This document shows, piece after piece, positions 43,252 through 52,018 of a stretch of 58,074 nucleotides of DNA; the first letter of the stretch is position 1; each line of letters opens with the position of its first letter. Position numbers and translations under genes: made by a program. This stretch comes from Minisyncoccota bacterium. Its GTDB lineage: Bacteria; Patescibacteriota; Minisyncoccia; 2-02-FULL-40-12; GWA2-44-9. Where the stretch lies: NCBI GenBank assembly GCA_040899895.1, contig JBBDZW010000047.1, forward strand, positions 1-58,074, given 5' to 3'. A model generated the notes under the pieces. The model ran no database searches. It was not told the DNA's origin and saw nothing but the letters and a program-made list of their open reading frames with translations.

Positions 43252-43764
43252 TCACCTCCAATTAAAAAGATGGGACTCAACAAGAGCGTTTCTATCTCTG
43301 GCTCCTCGTTCCTGCCATGTGACATTGCTTATTATACGTAATTCCCCCGCATTAACTTTTAAAATAGAAATTGTTCTTCGGAAAACCGTATCGTTCCCGC
43401 TTGAGTAATTATAAAGCCCGGAACCTTCTTTAATGGGTGGATTAGCCCCTAACGAAATAAGAGCGCTGGAATTCCATTCAACTCGGTATGTGCCATCTGT
43501 GAGTCCTGTGTCAAAAGCGATTCCGTTAAACCAATTGGTATCTCTCATTCCCCTAATCACTTCTACCCCCTCTTGAGCAAGATTGGCGGCGATAAGATTA
43601 TTTCTAACAACTGAAGCCGTACTGCTTATATTGTTGGTTAGAATTAAGGATGGTCCAAGGGCTATTGAAAGGACGACCAAAGTCACAAGGGCTTCAACCA
43701 ATGTAAATCCATTTGAGTGGTTTTTGGTAAATTTACTATTCAATTCTTCCGGAAGTATATACAT
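43252..43764 (-). CDS. type IV minor pilin/pseudopilin
   Basis: SNGFTLVEALVTLVVLSIAL class III signal peptide. Confidence 0.75.
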   Translation of the reverse strand: MYILPEELNSKFTKNHSNGFTLVEALVTLVVLSIALGPSLILTNNISSTASVVRNNLIAANLAQEGVEVIRGMRDTNWFNGIAFDTGLTDGTYRVEWNSSALISLGANPPIKEGSGLYNYSSGNDTVFRRTISILKVNAGELRIISNVTWQERGARDRNALVESHLFNWR

Positions 43765-44266
43765 TTATTGTTTTGCAATCGGCCGGACAAGTCCCGCCTA
43801 TTTTTCCGATAGTAATCGCTTGAGGCGGAAGTGTCAGAGTTGAATCGTTGTTAAGATATGTCTTTGGATCTGGCGGTTCAAAAAATATGTCATTAAAAGA
43901 AGATTTAAACTCTATCTTAGCATCCGTAAAAACCTTTGTTGTTATTACAAAGTCTGCGGCATCAAAGTTTTTATTAAGCGTCGAGCAGACAACCGAAGAG
44001 GCATCAGGGCCGACATAAGTTGTATAAGACGTCGCATTTATATAGCGGACACCATACCCACATCGTATTTTGAGACCGCTACCGGTATCGTGTCTGGCGC
44101 TGGATTGGGCTTTTGTCTGGGCTACCCGCAGGACCCCGATAAATTCGTTCGTTGTCAGGGTCAAGTCAACCCTGCTTCTTTGGAAATTAACAATCATAAA
44201 AGTGGCTATGATGCCGGTAATGGTGGCCACTACGGCAACTTCGACAAGAGTAAAACCTTTACTCAT
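43736..44266 (-). CDS. type IV minor pilin/pseudopilin
   Basis: MSKGFTLVEVAVVATITGIIA class III signal peptide. Confidence 0.75.
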   Translation of the reverse strand: MSKGFTLVEVAVVATITGIIATFMIVNFQRSRVDLTLTTNEFIGVLRVAQTKAQSSARHDTGSGLKIRCGYGVRYINATSYTTYVGPDASSVVCSTLNKNFDAADFVITTKVFTDAKIEFKSSFNDIFFEPPDPKTYLNNDSTLTLPPQAITIGKIGGTCPADCKTINVYTSGRIE

Positions 44267-44696
44267 ATTTAATTACGACACTATCCCCCGGTTTTAGTTT
44301 TGTTCTATTCATGTCCCTGGAATCCGCAAGCTTTTCATTGATGTAAAAAGTGAAATGCTTATTTACCAGGCCGTTGATGTGCCCGTCTATTTCCATGAAC
44401 CAGGTTTGGTTCTCGTCGTCCAGGACATAGTTGAGTTTTATCTTGCCGACGCCCATGGCAATGTTCAGGGCGTCCAGCACGGTCATGCCGTCATAGACCT
44501 CCCCTTCGAACAACCTGTTCTCGGTCTCGAAGTTGATCGCTAATGTCGCCAGACCGTTATTGTTCTCGGTCTCGTCTTTCAGTTGGTCGACGGAGACCTT
44601 AAAGGCCGAAGCAAGTATCAGTAAAACAACTATCGAGACGATTTCGATCAGGTAGCGTTTCTTAAAAAGATGTTTGAACGATTTTTTGTAGCTCAT
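44259..44696 (-). CDS. membrane-anchored DUF4430-like (beta-grasp) protein
   Basis: N-terminal TM helix. The C-terminus GMTVLDALN...MEIDGH...W.FYINEKLA...LKPGDSVVIKY resembles DUF4430. The DNA is visibly more GC-rich than its surroundings. Confidence 0.45.
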   Translation of the reverse strand: MSYKKSFKHLFKKRYLIEIVSIVVLLILASAFKVSVDQLKDETENNNGLATLAINFETENRLFEGEVYDGMTVLDALNIAMGVGKIKLNYVLDDENQTWFMEIDGHINGLVNKHFTFYINEKLADSRDMNRTKLKPGDSVVIKYE

Positions 44697-44757
44697 TTTG
44701 GGCAGACCTGTTGCCTAATATTTTTCGTTACGAAATTTTTAAATTTTGAGACAGAAG

Positions 44758-44809
44758 TTGTTGAAATTTTTGATGAATAGTTGATACTATTCAGAGGAAA
44801 TTTCAACAA
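44758..44809 (-). terminator. compound hairpin immediately downstream of pilD
   Basis: ttgttgaaattt...aaatttcaacaa outer arms with gaatagt-tgat-actattc inner arms. It starts 3 nt after the pilD stop. Confidence 0.5.
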
Positions 44810-44811
44810 TC

Positions 44812-45570
44812 TTATGGCCAAAATTTAAAGATTGCAGTAGAAAGAATATTAGGTAGCAGGTCTGATAGTATTATAAACAATATTGAGCTTGAGGCCAGGA
44901 AGGTTCCGAGAGGCAGAGCGGTTTTAAGGGTTGCCTTTTTTACTGTGATAAGGGCTATACCGACCAACGCCGCTGCCCAAACAGAAAGTAATACCGCCAA
45001 TATTCCTAACGGATAACCGAGCAACAGTCCCATCAGGAATACAAGCTTTACGTCCCCAAATCCCATCCATTGTCCTCTAGACGCTAAATATATTATAGCA
45101 AATATGGAACTGATGGCCAAAGCAACCAGAAGACGATTCAAAAAATCAGGCGCGGCAATGCCATAAACAAAAGATACAATTATGAGAGGAAATATTATTT
45201 TATCCGGAATCCACAAAGCAGTCAGGTCTGAAAAAATTATGATTATCAGTCCGGATATTATGAAAAGGTCAAAAATGGCTGAAAATTGGTAATTATTTCT
45301 GAAATAGAAATAAGCGAAAAAAGAAAGGGCAGCCACAATTTCCACAAAAGGATAGGTGAAAGATATTTTGTGTTTGCAGTAGCGGCACTTTGCTTTAAGT
45401 GTTAAAAAACTTAAAACTGGAATCAGGTCATACCACTTCAAATTATGGTTGCAGTGGGTACACTCTGATCTGCCCCAAAAAATCCCATCCTTTTTGTCAA
45501 GTCTAAAAATTACAACATTTAGAAAACTACCGACACATAACCCAATTAAAATTATGAACAAATATGTCAT
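44812..45570 (-). CDS. pilD: prepilin peptidase/N-methyltransferase (A24 family)
   Basis: N-terminal CxxC...CxxC (CTHCNH...CRYCKH), polytopic, catalytic Asp motifs including GFGDVKL. Confidence 0.88.
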   Translation of the reverse strand: MTYLFIILIGLCVGSFLNVVIFRLDKKDGIFWGRSECTHCNHNLKWYDLIPVLSFLTLKAKCRYCKHKISFTYPFVEIVAALSFFAYFYFRNNYQFSAIFDLFIISGLIIIIFSDLTALWIPDKIIFPLIIVSFVYGIAAPDFLNRLLVALAISSIFAIIYLASRGQWMGFGDVKLVFLMGLLLGYPLGILAVLLSVWAAALVGIALITVKKATLKTALPLGTFLASSSILFIILSDLLPNILSTAIFKFWP

Positions 45571-45601
45571 AGCTTTGTCAGATAATTAATTATATCAGAT
45601 T

Positions 45602-45638
45602 AAAAACAAAATCCGCCATAAAAGCGGATTTTGTTTTT
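45602..45638 (-). terminator. rho-independent terminator after pilA
   Basis: aaaaacaaaatccgc-cataaaa-gcggattttgttttt, 15 nt downstream of the pilA stop. Confidence 0.85.
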
Positions 45639-45652
45639 AATAATTAAGGAGT

Positions 45653-46150
45653 TTAGTTTTGGCCCTGATCGTATACACAATCTATTACCGCTCCCGTTGT
45701 ACAGTTAACACCGTTTGCGTCTGCTCCATCTCGACCTTGTCCGGTCCAACCGACAGAAGAGTTAATATCCGCATCGCTTTTTAGCGCTTGGGAGGCTTGC
45801 TCAAGTTCTGCCCAAATCATATACCTATTGCCGCCATTGTAGGCGTAGTTATAAGTATGGGGAGCAACATTTAGCGGGTCATTTGGCAATTGAGTCAAAT
45901 ATTTAGGAACTAAAAGAGCGGCTAGTCCGGCATATGTTGCCTGCTGGGGATATGTCCCGGCATCATCAAAGTACAACTCCGATGCAGTTCGGACCTGGTT
46001 TACATCGGCAATTCTCTTGGCGTCCCTGGCTCTTTGTCTGGCTATTCCCAACTGAAGCAAGAGGAGAGAGGCAAGAATACCGATGATTGCTATTACGACC
46101 AAAAGCTCGACCAAGGTGAAACCTTTTTGAAGTTTTTGTTTTTTATTCAT
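45653..46150 (-). CDS. pilA: major type IV pilin
   Basis: MNKKQKLQKGFTLVELLVVIAIIGILASLLL class III signal peptide. 165 aa with a C-terminal Cys pair and its own terminator. Confidence 0.88.
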   Translation of the reverse strand: MNKKQKLQKGFTLVELLVVIAIIGILASLLLLQLGIARQRARDAKRIADVNQVRTASELYFDDAGTYPQQATYAGLAALLVPKYLTQLPNDPLNVAPHTYNYAYNGGNRYMIWAELEQASQALKSDADINSSVGWTGQGRDGADANGVNCTTGAVIDCVYDQGQN

Positions 46151-46269
46151 CCCGTACGAAGTAGCTGCTGTGCAGTTATGGAACGACCACTATCTGCGCA
46201 TAACAGCTATATTAATTAGATGACATCCCGCTCGTTTAACCTGTTAAGGCTACTTCGTTCGGGATTCAT
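46151..46269 (-). promoter_or_regulatory. structured 5' leader of pilA (15-bp closing helix, decoy ATGAAT, 17-codon uORF)
   Basis: Minus strand reads ATGAAT-CCCGAACGAAGTAGCC-(82 nt)-GCTACTTCGTACGGG-ATGAAT(pilA). TATAAT at 46277-46282 lies 7 nt upstream of the first ATG. Same architecture as 47534-47654. Confidence 0.65.
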
Positions 46270-46324
46270 AGTTTTAATTATACTACACTTATTAAATTTA
46301 AGTTATCAACATTACATTAGTCAA

Positions 46325-47533
46325 CTAACTGACCCCAACTAAGTTATAAATCGGTAACAAAATGGCTGATACCAGAATTGCGACGGCTACGCCAAGGACC
46401 AGGACCAAGATCGGTTCAATAAGCTGGGAAATACTTCCAATGGCGTTCTCCGATTCCGATTTATAGTATCGGGAGATATGAGCAAGCATAAAGTCAAGTT
46501 TACCCGTTTTCTCGCCTATGGCCACCATAGAGGTGACCAGAGGCGGGATCTCGGTATATTTGGAGAATGATTCGGATATGGTACCCCCTCCCCTGACGTT
46601 CTCCTCGGCATCGAGAAGTATTTTTTGGTAATTTATGTTCCCGACCAGGTCGGAAGTGATACGCAGGGCGTCAAGGATGGGTATGCCCGACTTGATAAGA
46701 GTAGATAAGCTTTCGGATATGCGGGCAAGATATAAGCTTCGGACAACCGAGCCAAGAGATGGCATGGTGATCTTAAGATTGTCCAGCCACGCTCTTCCCG
46801 AAGGAGTTCCGATATATCTCCAGATCCCGACGATTAAGCCGACCCAAAACACAACGAGGAAAAGAAGATACTGGTTAACAAAGGACGTGACCCATATAAG
46901 CATCCTGGTGGTTATGGGAAGTTGAACGTCGCCTATGTCTTTGAATATGGTCAACAACTGCGGAAGCACATAGACGACCATTATCGCTGTTACCAGTATT
47001 AAGGCGAACACAACGAATGCCGGATAGGCCAAGGCGCCTTTTATCTTAGAGTTAATGGACTGGCTTCTTTCCAGGTAATCGGCCAGATATAGCAGGGATT
47101 CGTGAAGTTTTCCCGAGACTTCTCCGGACTGGACGAGCTTAATGTAAAAAGATCCGAAAAGTTCGGGGTGAGCCGCCAAAGCGTTGGACAAAGATTGTCC
47201 GCTCTCCACCGCCTCGGATACTTCGGTGAGGACCTTTTTGAATATCGTCTTTTCAACTTGCTTGGCCAGCGTTCTTAACCCCTCGGCCAAGGGCATATCC
47301 GCGTCTATTAGCGTGGATAATTGTCTGGTGAACAGAACCACATCTTTATTAGACGTTTTAGAGAAATATTTTGATACGTCAGAGGTTAAAACTCCGGTAT
47401 CAGTCGGGTTAAGGGATAGAATCGTATAACCTTTTAACTGCAGAGTTGTAACAGCAGTGTTTTCGTCCGGAGCTTCTACTGCTCCTTCAAGCATTTCTCC
47501 TGTTTGAGTTCGGATTTTATATTTAAAATTCAT
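46325..47533 (-). CDS. pilC: type IV pilus platform protein PilC (GspF family)
   Basis: 402 aa, duplicated T2SSF domains, 3 TM helices. Confidence 0.9.
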   Translation of the reverse strand: MNFKYKIRTQTGEMLEGAVEAPDENTAVTTLQLKGYTILSLNPTDTGVLTSDVSKYFSKTSNKDVVLFTRQLSTLIDADMPLAEGLRTLAKQVEKTIFKKVLTEVSEAVESGQSLSNALAAHPELFGSFYIKLVQSGEVSGKLHESLLYLADYLERSQSINSKIKGALAYPAFVVFALILVTAIMVVYVLPQLLTIFKDIGDVQLPITTRMLIWVTSFVNQYLLFLVVFWVGLIVGIWRYIGTPSGRAWLDNLKITMPSLGSVVRSLYLARISESLSTLIKSGIPILDALRITSDLVGNINYQKILLDAEENVRGGGTISESFSKYTEIPPLVTSMVAIGEKTGKLDFMLAHISRYYKSESENAIGSISQLIEPILVLVLGVAVAILVSAILLPIYNLVGVS

Positions 47534-47654
47534 CCCGTACGAAGTAGCGCAAAGCGTGTGAGGTCAAACTTCATCCGCCATGCGCTAATTATTATTGTTT
47601 TATTGATAGTCATATTTATTTAAACCCGTTAGGGCTACTTCGTACGGGATTCAT
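47534..47654 (-). promoter_or_regulatory. structured 5' leader of pilC (15-bp perfect closing helix, decoy ATGAAT, 12-codon uORF)
   Basis: Minus strand reads ATGAAT-CCCGTACGAAGTAGCC-(84 nt)-GCTACTTCGTACGGG-ATGAAT(pilC). The arms are identical to the pilA leader except for one base. Confidence 0.65.
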
Positions 47655-47665
47655 TTCAGTTTAAT

Positions 47666-48727
47666 TTAGACAAGATTTTTTAGTTCACTCGGATTTTGTG
47701 AATAGAATTCCGCTCTTTCCCAACTTATCTCCTTTCTTCTAACAAGGTTAGCCAAAGATCTGTCCAAGCTTATCATTCCTATATCTTGACTGGTTTCTAT
47801 AACCATATCCATTTGTCTGGGGCGGTTATCGCGGATAAGAGTTCTTATGGCCGGCGTGGCTATCATCACCTCGACTGCCGGGATAAGCCCACCCTTTATT
47901 CTTGGAATTAGCCTTTGAGAGATGACCCCGGAGATTGTATTAGCCAACTGGTTTCTTATTTGAGATTCCTGGTTGGGTGGAAAGCTGTTTAAGATTCTTT
48001 CAACCGTCTGGGAAGCGCTGTTGGTGTGCAGGGATGCAAAAACGAGATGGCCCGTTTCCGCCGCCGTAACCGCAGCGCTCATTGTTTCATAGTCTCTCAT
48101 CTCCCCAACCATAATAACATTTACGTTTTGTCTGAAAGTTGATCTTAGCGCTTTATGAAAAGAAAAGGTATCTTGGTAAACTTCTCTCTGGTCAACAACG
48201 CTTTTATCCGGAGAAAATATGTACTCAATCGGGTCTTCTATGGTAATTATTTTTTCGGCTCGTTCTTTGTTTATCAAATTTACTATTGAAGCCAGAGTTG
48301 TGGATTTCCCATGTCCGTTCGGCCCGACCACAAGTACGAAACCTTGGGAAAGTTTGGAGAATATCTTGACTATCGGAGGCAGATTCAACTCTTCGACCGT
48401 CATTATTTTATTGGGTATCAGCCGCAGGGAGGCGGCAAGACCGCCTTTGGTTTGATAGGCATCTACTCGGAATCTGTTTTTTCCCGGAATTTCAAAAGAA
48501 AAATCAAGCTCCTTTTCGGATAAAAATCTGTTTTTTCTTTCTTCTCCAAGAAGAGCGAAAACCAAGGTTTCTGCCGTTTGAGTATCAAGGATGCTGTAGT
48601 TGCTAAGCATTACCAATCTCCCGTCTATTCTTATGACGGGATAATGCCCGGGAGAAATATGAAGGTCGGTCGCCCCTTGTTGAGCGGTTAATAAAAGTAA
48701 TTCTTCTAAATATTGTTTTGGTTCCAT
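47666..48727 (-). CDS. pilT: twitching-motility retraction ATPase PilT
   Basis: 353 aa, Walker A GPNGHGKSTT, Walker B VIMVGEMRD, His box, PilT-type C-terminus. No N-terminal T2SSE_N domain. Confidence 0.88.
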   Translation of the reverse strand: MEPKQYLEELLLLTAQQGATDLHISPGHYPVIRIDGRLVMLSNYSILDTQTAETLVFALLGEERKNRFLSEKELDFSFEIPGKNRFRVDAYQTKGGLAASLRLIPNKIMTVEELNLPPIVKIFSKLSQGFVLVVGPNGHGKSTTLASIVNLINKERAEKIITIEDPIEYIFSPDKSVVDQREVYQDTFSFHKALRSTFRQNVNVIMVGEMRDYETMSAAVTAAETGHLVFASLHTNSASQTVERILNSFPPNQESQIRNQLANTISGVISQRLIPRIKGGLIPAVEVMIATPAIRTLIRDNRPRQMDMVIETSQDIGMISLDRSLANLVRRKEISWERAEFYSQNPSELKNLV

Positions 48728-48758
48728 TTTTATATTTAAATATTTAAAAATTTAAACA

Positions 48759-50507
48759 TTATGCCGAATCGCCGGCTGATGCGACCTCAAGCAGTTCTTC
48801 TAATGATACTATCCCTTGAAGCACTTTCAAAATTCCATCTTGGAACATGGTTATCATCCCCTGGCGTTTCGCCTCTTGGCGCATCGCCGCCTCGCTTATG
48901 GTTCCCAAAATTATCTTTTCTAATTCATCGGTCATTTCCATCATTTCAAATATACCTATTCGGCCCTTAAACGCCTTCCCGCCGCATTTTTTGCAAGGAT
49001 TTTCTTTGTTTGGTTTGAAAATATCATAACCGTTTTTTGACAGAAGTTCTTTTTGATATTCTTCCGGCATTTCAAGAATAGAATTGTTTATCATTTTTTC
49101 TTCAGCCGTATTAGCTTTTGCTTGAACTTTACAATCCGGACAGAGCCGTCTTAACAATCTTTGAGCCGCCGCGACATTAAGGGTTGAAGGTATCAAATAA
49201 TTTTCAACACCCATATCTATAAGACGTGGAATTACGCCCGCGGCGTCATTAGTATGTAAGGTTGAAAGCACAATGTGTCCAGTTAGAGCGGCTTGGGTGG
49301 CGAGAGCAGCGGTTTCTCTGTCTCTAATTTCACCAACCATTATAATATCCGGGTCTTGTCTTAAAATGTGCCGTAAACCACTTGCAAATGTATATCCAAT
49401 TTCTTCGTGAATTTGAGATTGGTTAACTCCGTCTACAAAATATTCTATTGGGTCTTCCAGGGTGACGATATTTACGTCCTCGCTGTTTACCATTTTTAAC
49501 ATTCCAGCCAGAGTTGTTGACTTACCCGAACCGGTGGGACCGGTTATCAAAATGCTTCCAAAGGGCTTAGCCAGAGCTTTCTCTATAATTTCAGCCGATC
49601 TTCCAACAAGTCCCAATTCCGGCAAATCTATCTTGTTGGTTAAAGGATCCAAGATACGCATTACCACCTTTTCTCCGTTTTTTGTCGGAAAAGTGGAAAC
49701 ACGGAAGTCTACTTTTCTGCCGCTAATCTTTGTTGAGAATCGTCCATCTTGAGCTAGTCTGGTCTCGTCTATTTTCAGGTCGGTGAGAATTTTTATTCTT
49801 GTAACAACCGCGGACTGCAGATTCTTGGGAAGAGTTAGAGATGTGGCCAAAACACCGTCTACTCTAAAACGAGTTCTTATTCTGTCTTCAAACGGTTCTA
49901 TGTGAATATCCGAAGCCCTTAATTCTACGGCATGTTTTACAATAACGGCAACAATACGGGTTATCGGAGCTTCGGCGGTTATTTCCTCCAACGATTTGAT
50001 CGGTCCCTTTTTTTCGTCAAGTTCTTCAGAAAGGGACTCTAACGCTTCTCCAACTTCGCCGGTTAAGGTATTGTAGCTTTTAACAAGATTATCAAAGTCT
50101 CGGTAACTAATTACATATTTTTCAACAGTGATGCCCCTGTCTTCTCCGATAAATTTTAAAGCCTCAAGCGCTCCGATATCTTCCGGATCTAAAACACCGA
50201 CTCGCAAAACACCATTTTCTTTAGAAAAAGGAACTGAATGATAAAAATTAATAACATCCTCCGAGACCTCTTTTAAAACTGACCGATCTACCCCAACCCC
50301 CTCAAGGTCTACTATCGGCAGTCTGTAAAGGGCCGATTTTAATTTAAGGAGTTCCTGATCAGAGATTGTTCCCCTCTCAATCAAGATTCGCTCTATATCT
50401 TTTTCTTCTTTTTGAGCCTGTTGGATTACCTGGTTCAGTTCATCTTGAGAAATAATATTCTGACGAATAAGGTCGTCTAGGAGTGTTCGGGGTATTTTAA
50501 TGGCCAT
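48759..50507 (-). CDS. pilB: type IV pilus assembly ATPase PilB (GspE family)
   Basis: T2SSE N-domain, Walker A GPTGSGKSTTL, IMVGEIRD, tetracysteine CPDC...CKKCGGKAFKGR. Confidence 0.9.
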   Translation of the reverse strand: MAIKIPRTLLDDLIRQNIISQDELNQVIQQAQKEEKDIERILIERGTISDQELLKLKSALYRLPIVDLEGVGVDRSVLKEVSEDVINFYHSVPFSKENGVLRVGVLDPEDIGALEALKFIGEDRGITVEKYVISYRDFDNLVKSYNTLTGEVGEALESLSEELDEKKGPIKSLEEITAEAPITRIVAVIVKHAVELRASDIHIEPFEDRIRTRFRVDGVLATSLTLPKNLQSAVVTRIKILTDLKIDETRLAQDGRFSTKISGRKVDFRVSTFPTKNGEKVVMRILDPLTNKIDLPELGLVGRSAEIIEKALAKPFGSILITGPTGSGKSTTLAGMLKMVNSEDVNIVTLEDPIEYFVDGVNQSQIHEEIGYTFASGLRHILRQDPDIIMVGEIRDRETAALATQAALTGHIVLSTLHTNDAAGVIPRLIDMGVENYLIPSTLNVAAAQRLLRRLCPDCKVQAKANTAEEKMINNSILEMPEEYQKELLSKNGYDIFKPNKENPCKKCGGKAFKGRIGIFEMMEMTDELEKIILGTISEAAMRQEAKRQGMITMFQDGILKVLQGIVSLEELLEVASAGDSA

Positions 50508-50513
50508 CTTTCA

Positions 50514-50583
50514 GCGACTAGCGACTAGCGACTAGCGACTAGCGACTAGTTTTTCTATTCGCTATTGGCTATTCGCTATCGGC
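50514..50583. repeat. two adjacent heptamer arrays: (GCGACTA)x5 and (TAT[T/C][C/G]GC)x4
   Basis: 50514-50548 holds five perfect GCGACTA units. 50556-50583 holds tattcgc tattggc tattcgc tatcggc. The arrays are imperfect reverse complements and can form a long hairpin with periodic mismatches. Confidence 0.85.
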
Positions 50584-50586
50584 TAT

Positions 50587-50865
50587 TTAAATTGGGGCGA
50601 ATAGATCGTTTTTTCCGGTGGTTCCTGGGTTGACGGGCGATTCCCCGAATATTTGGAGGGCTTTAAATTTATTATTAGCAAGAATGCTAAAATCTATTTG
50701 AAAACCTTCAAACGATTTCAAGTCGTCGCTTGCCGCTATCGGTGGGGGCAGTACCGGTTCTACCGTTGGAACCACAAAACCTGAATAATAAAAATATCCT
50801 AAAGCCAATCCCAAGATGACTATCATTATCTGCATTAGAAAATTTTGATTTTGTTGCGCTGCCAT
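50587..50865 (-). CDS. small membrane-anchored protein in pilMNO operon
   Basis: 92 aa with one TM helix and a Pro-rich linker. Occupies the position after pilO. Confidence 0.45.
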   Translation of the reverse strand: MAAQQNQNFLMQIMIVILGLALGYFYYSGFVVPTVEPVLPPPIAASDDLKSFEGFQIDFSILANNKFKALQIFGESPVNPGTTGKNDLFAPI

Positions 50866-50869
50866 GTGT

Positions 50870-51394
50870 TTATTTTAGATAATAAGCGTTTCCTTTTATG
50901 GAAAAATTCAATAATGTGTTTTCCGTTGAGCCCGATGCCGCATCAATTGATGTTATGTCAATAATGCGCAGATTCTTTTCGGCTGATTGCAGAAAATTTA
51001 CCAACCCAAGATAAGTACCGCTCAAAGAAAGTTCAATGGGCATTAAATTATATGTTCCAACACTTGATGGTAAGCCGGACATGCTGGTGCCGACAAGTTG
51101 TAATCCGCTTTGGGTTGATATTTTTTCTATAGCCGATACGGCTTCGGCTAAACTCTTTTTGTCTGGGAGAATAGAAGAAATTCGGGTTATGTCGGCAGAT
51201 CTTTTTTGATACTCAATGTTTAGGTCGTGGATCTTTTTAATTATCTCACTCCTTGAATCATATAACGCACGCCTCTCGTTTATAGCCATATTAAGCTCGG
51301 AAATTTTGTTGTATTCCGGTAGAACCCAACCCCAGGCGCCGATTAACGCTAAAGAAACCAATATTGCACCGAGGTAATTCTTATTTGGGTTCAT
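50870..51394 (-). CDS. pilO: PilO-like pilus assembly protein
   Basis: 174 aa, N-terminal TM helix then a coiled-coil, followed by a ferredoxin-like C-terminus. Overlaps pilN by 14 nt. Confidence 0.6.
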   Translation of the reverse strand: MNPNKNYLGAILVSLALIGAWGWVLPEYNKISELNMAINERRALYDSRSEIIKKIHDLNIEYQKRSADITRISSILPDKKSLAEAVSAIEKISTQSGLQLVGTSMSGLPSSVGTYNLMPIELSLSGTYLGLVNFLQSAEKNLRIIDITSIDAASGSTENTLLNFSIKGNAYYLK

Positions 51395-51947
51395 TGTCTT
51401 TTATGAATTTTCCTTTATCAAAAGTTATTTTTATTATGAATTCCAATCTTCCGGTTGTGAGCGTCTTTACGTCATTTAGGTCAATATCTTTTATTGAGTC
51501 ATCCGAAACATATGCCGCAATTTGTCTGGCCAAAACAGTATAATTGGTCGTGATTGCCTTTATCTCAAATCTTCCGTCTTGGGCTCCGGCTGAAAAAGTT
51601 GAAAATTGAACTTGAGGCTGGGTTAGGGATTGTATTTTGCTTAATGCTTTTGACCAGAATATATGATCATTTAATAACTGGGTTGTTACGGACAACTGTT
51701 TGTTGAGAGTAAGAAGATTGGCCTCAACTTTTTTATCGCGTTGTTTTTCTAGGTTGGTTAAGCTGGTATCAAGTTCGGTAATTTGATTTTCCAGACCGCT
51801 ACGATAAAAAATCAAACCCAAAACAACGACAGCAACCAAAACAAGAGCAGATATTCCTGCATAAATCCACCGGTTCTCTCCGGGAGTTTTTATGTCTATT
51901 TTTCTCCTAGACTCCGGAAGTAATTGTATCCCCCCTTGATCGGGCAT
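51381..51947 (-). CDS. pilN: PilN-like pilus assembly protein
   Basis: 188 aa. Conserved short cytoplasmic N-terminus (IQLLPE), a TM helix and a coiled-coil. Confidence 0.65.
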   Translation of the reverse strand: MPDQGGIQLLPESRRKIDIKTPGENRWIYAGISALVLVAVVVLGLIFYRSGLENQITELDTSLTNLEKQRDKKVEANLLTLNKQLSVTTQLLNDHIFWSKALSKIQSLTQPQVQFSTFSAGAQDGRFEIKAITTNYTVLARQIAAYVSDDSIKDIDLNDVKTLTTGRLEFIIKITFDKGKFIKDNEPK

Positions 51948-52018
51948 TTATTTATAGTATAACTCAATACTAGATAAAACTTATACACATAGTTTGAGCT
52001 CGTTAATACTGCTTTCAG

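Noticed and set aside
50514-50583. Possibility that the tandem arrays (here and at 7395-7478, 38880-38910) are CRISPR arrays
   Set aside because: The units are only 7 nt, are contiguous with no spacers, and no cas genes are present. They are microsatellite-type repeats.
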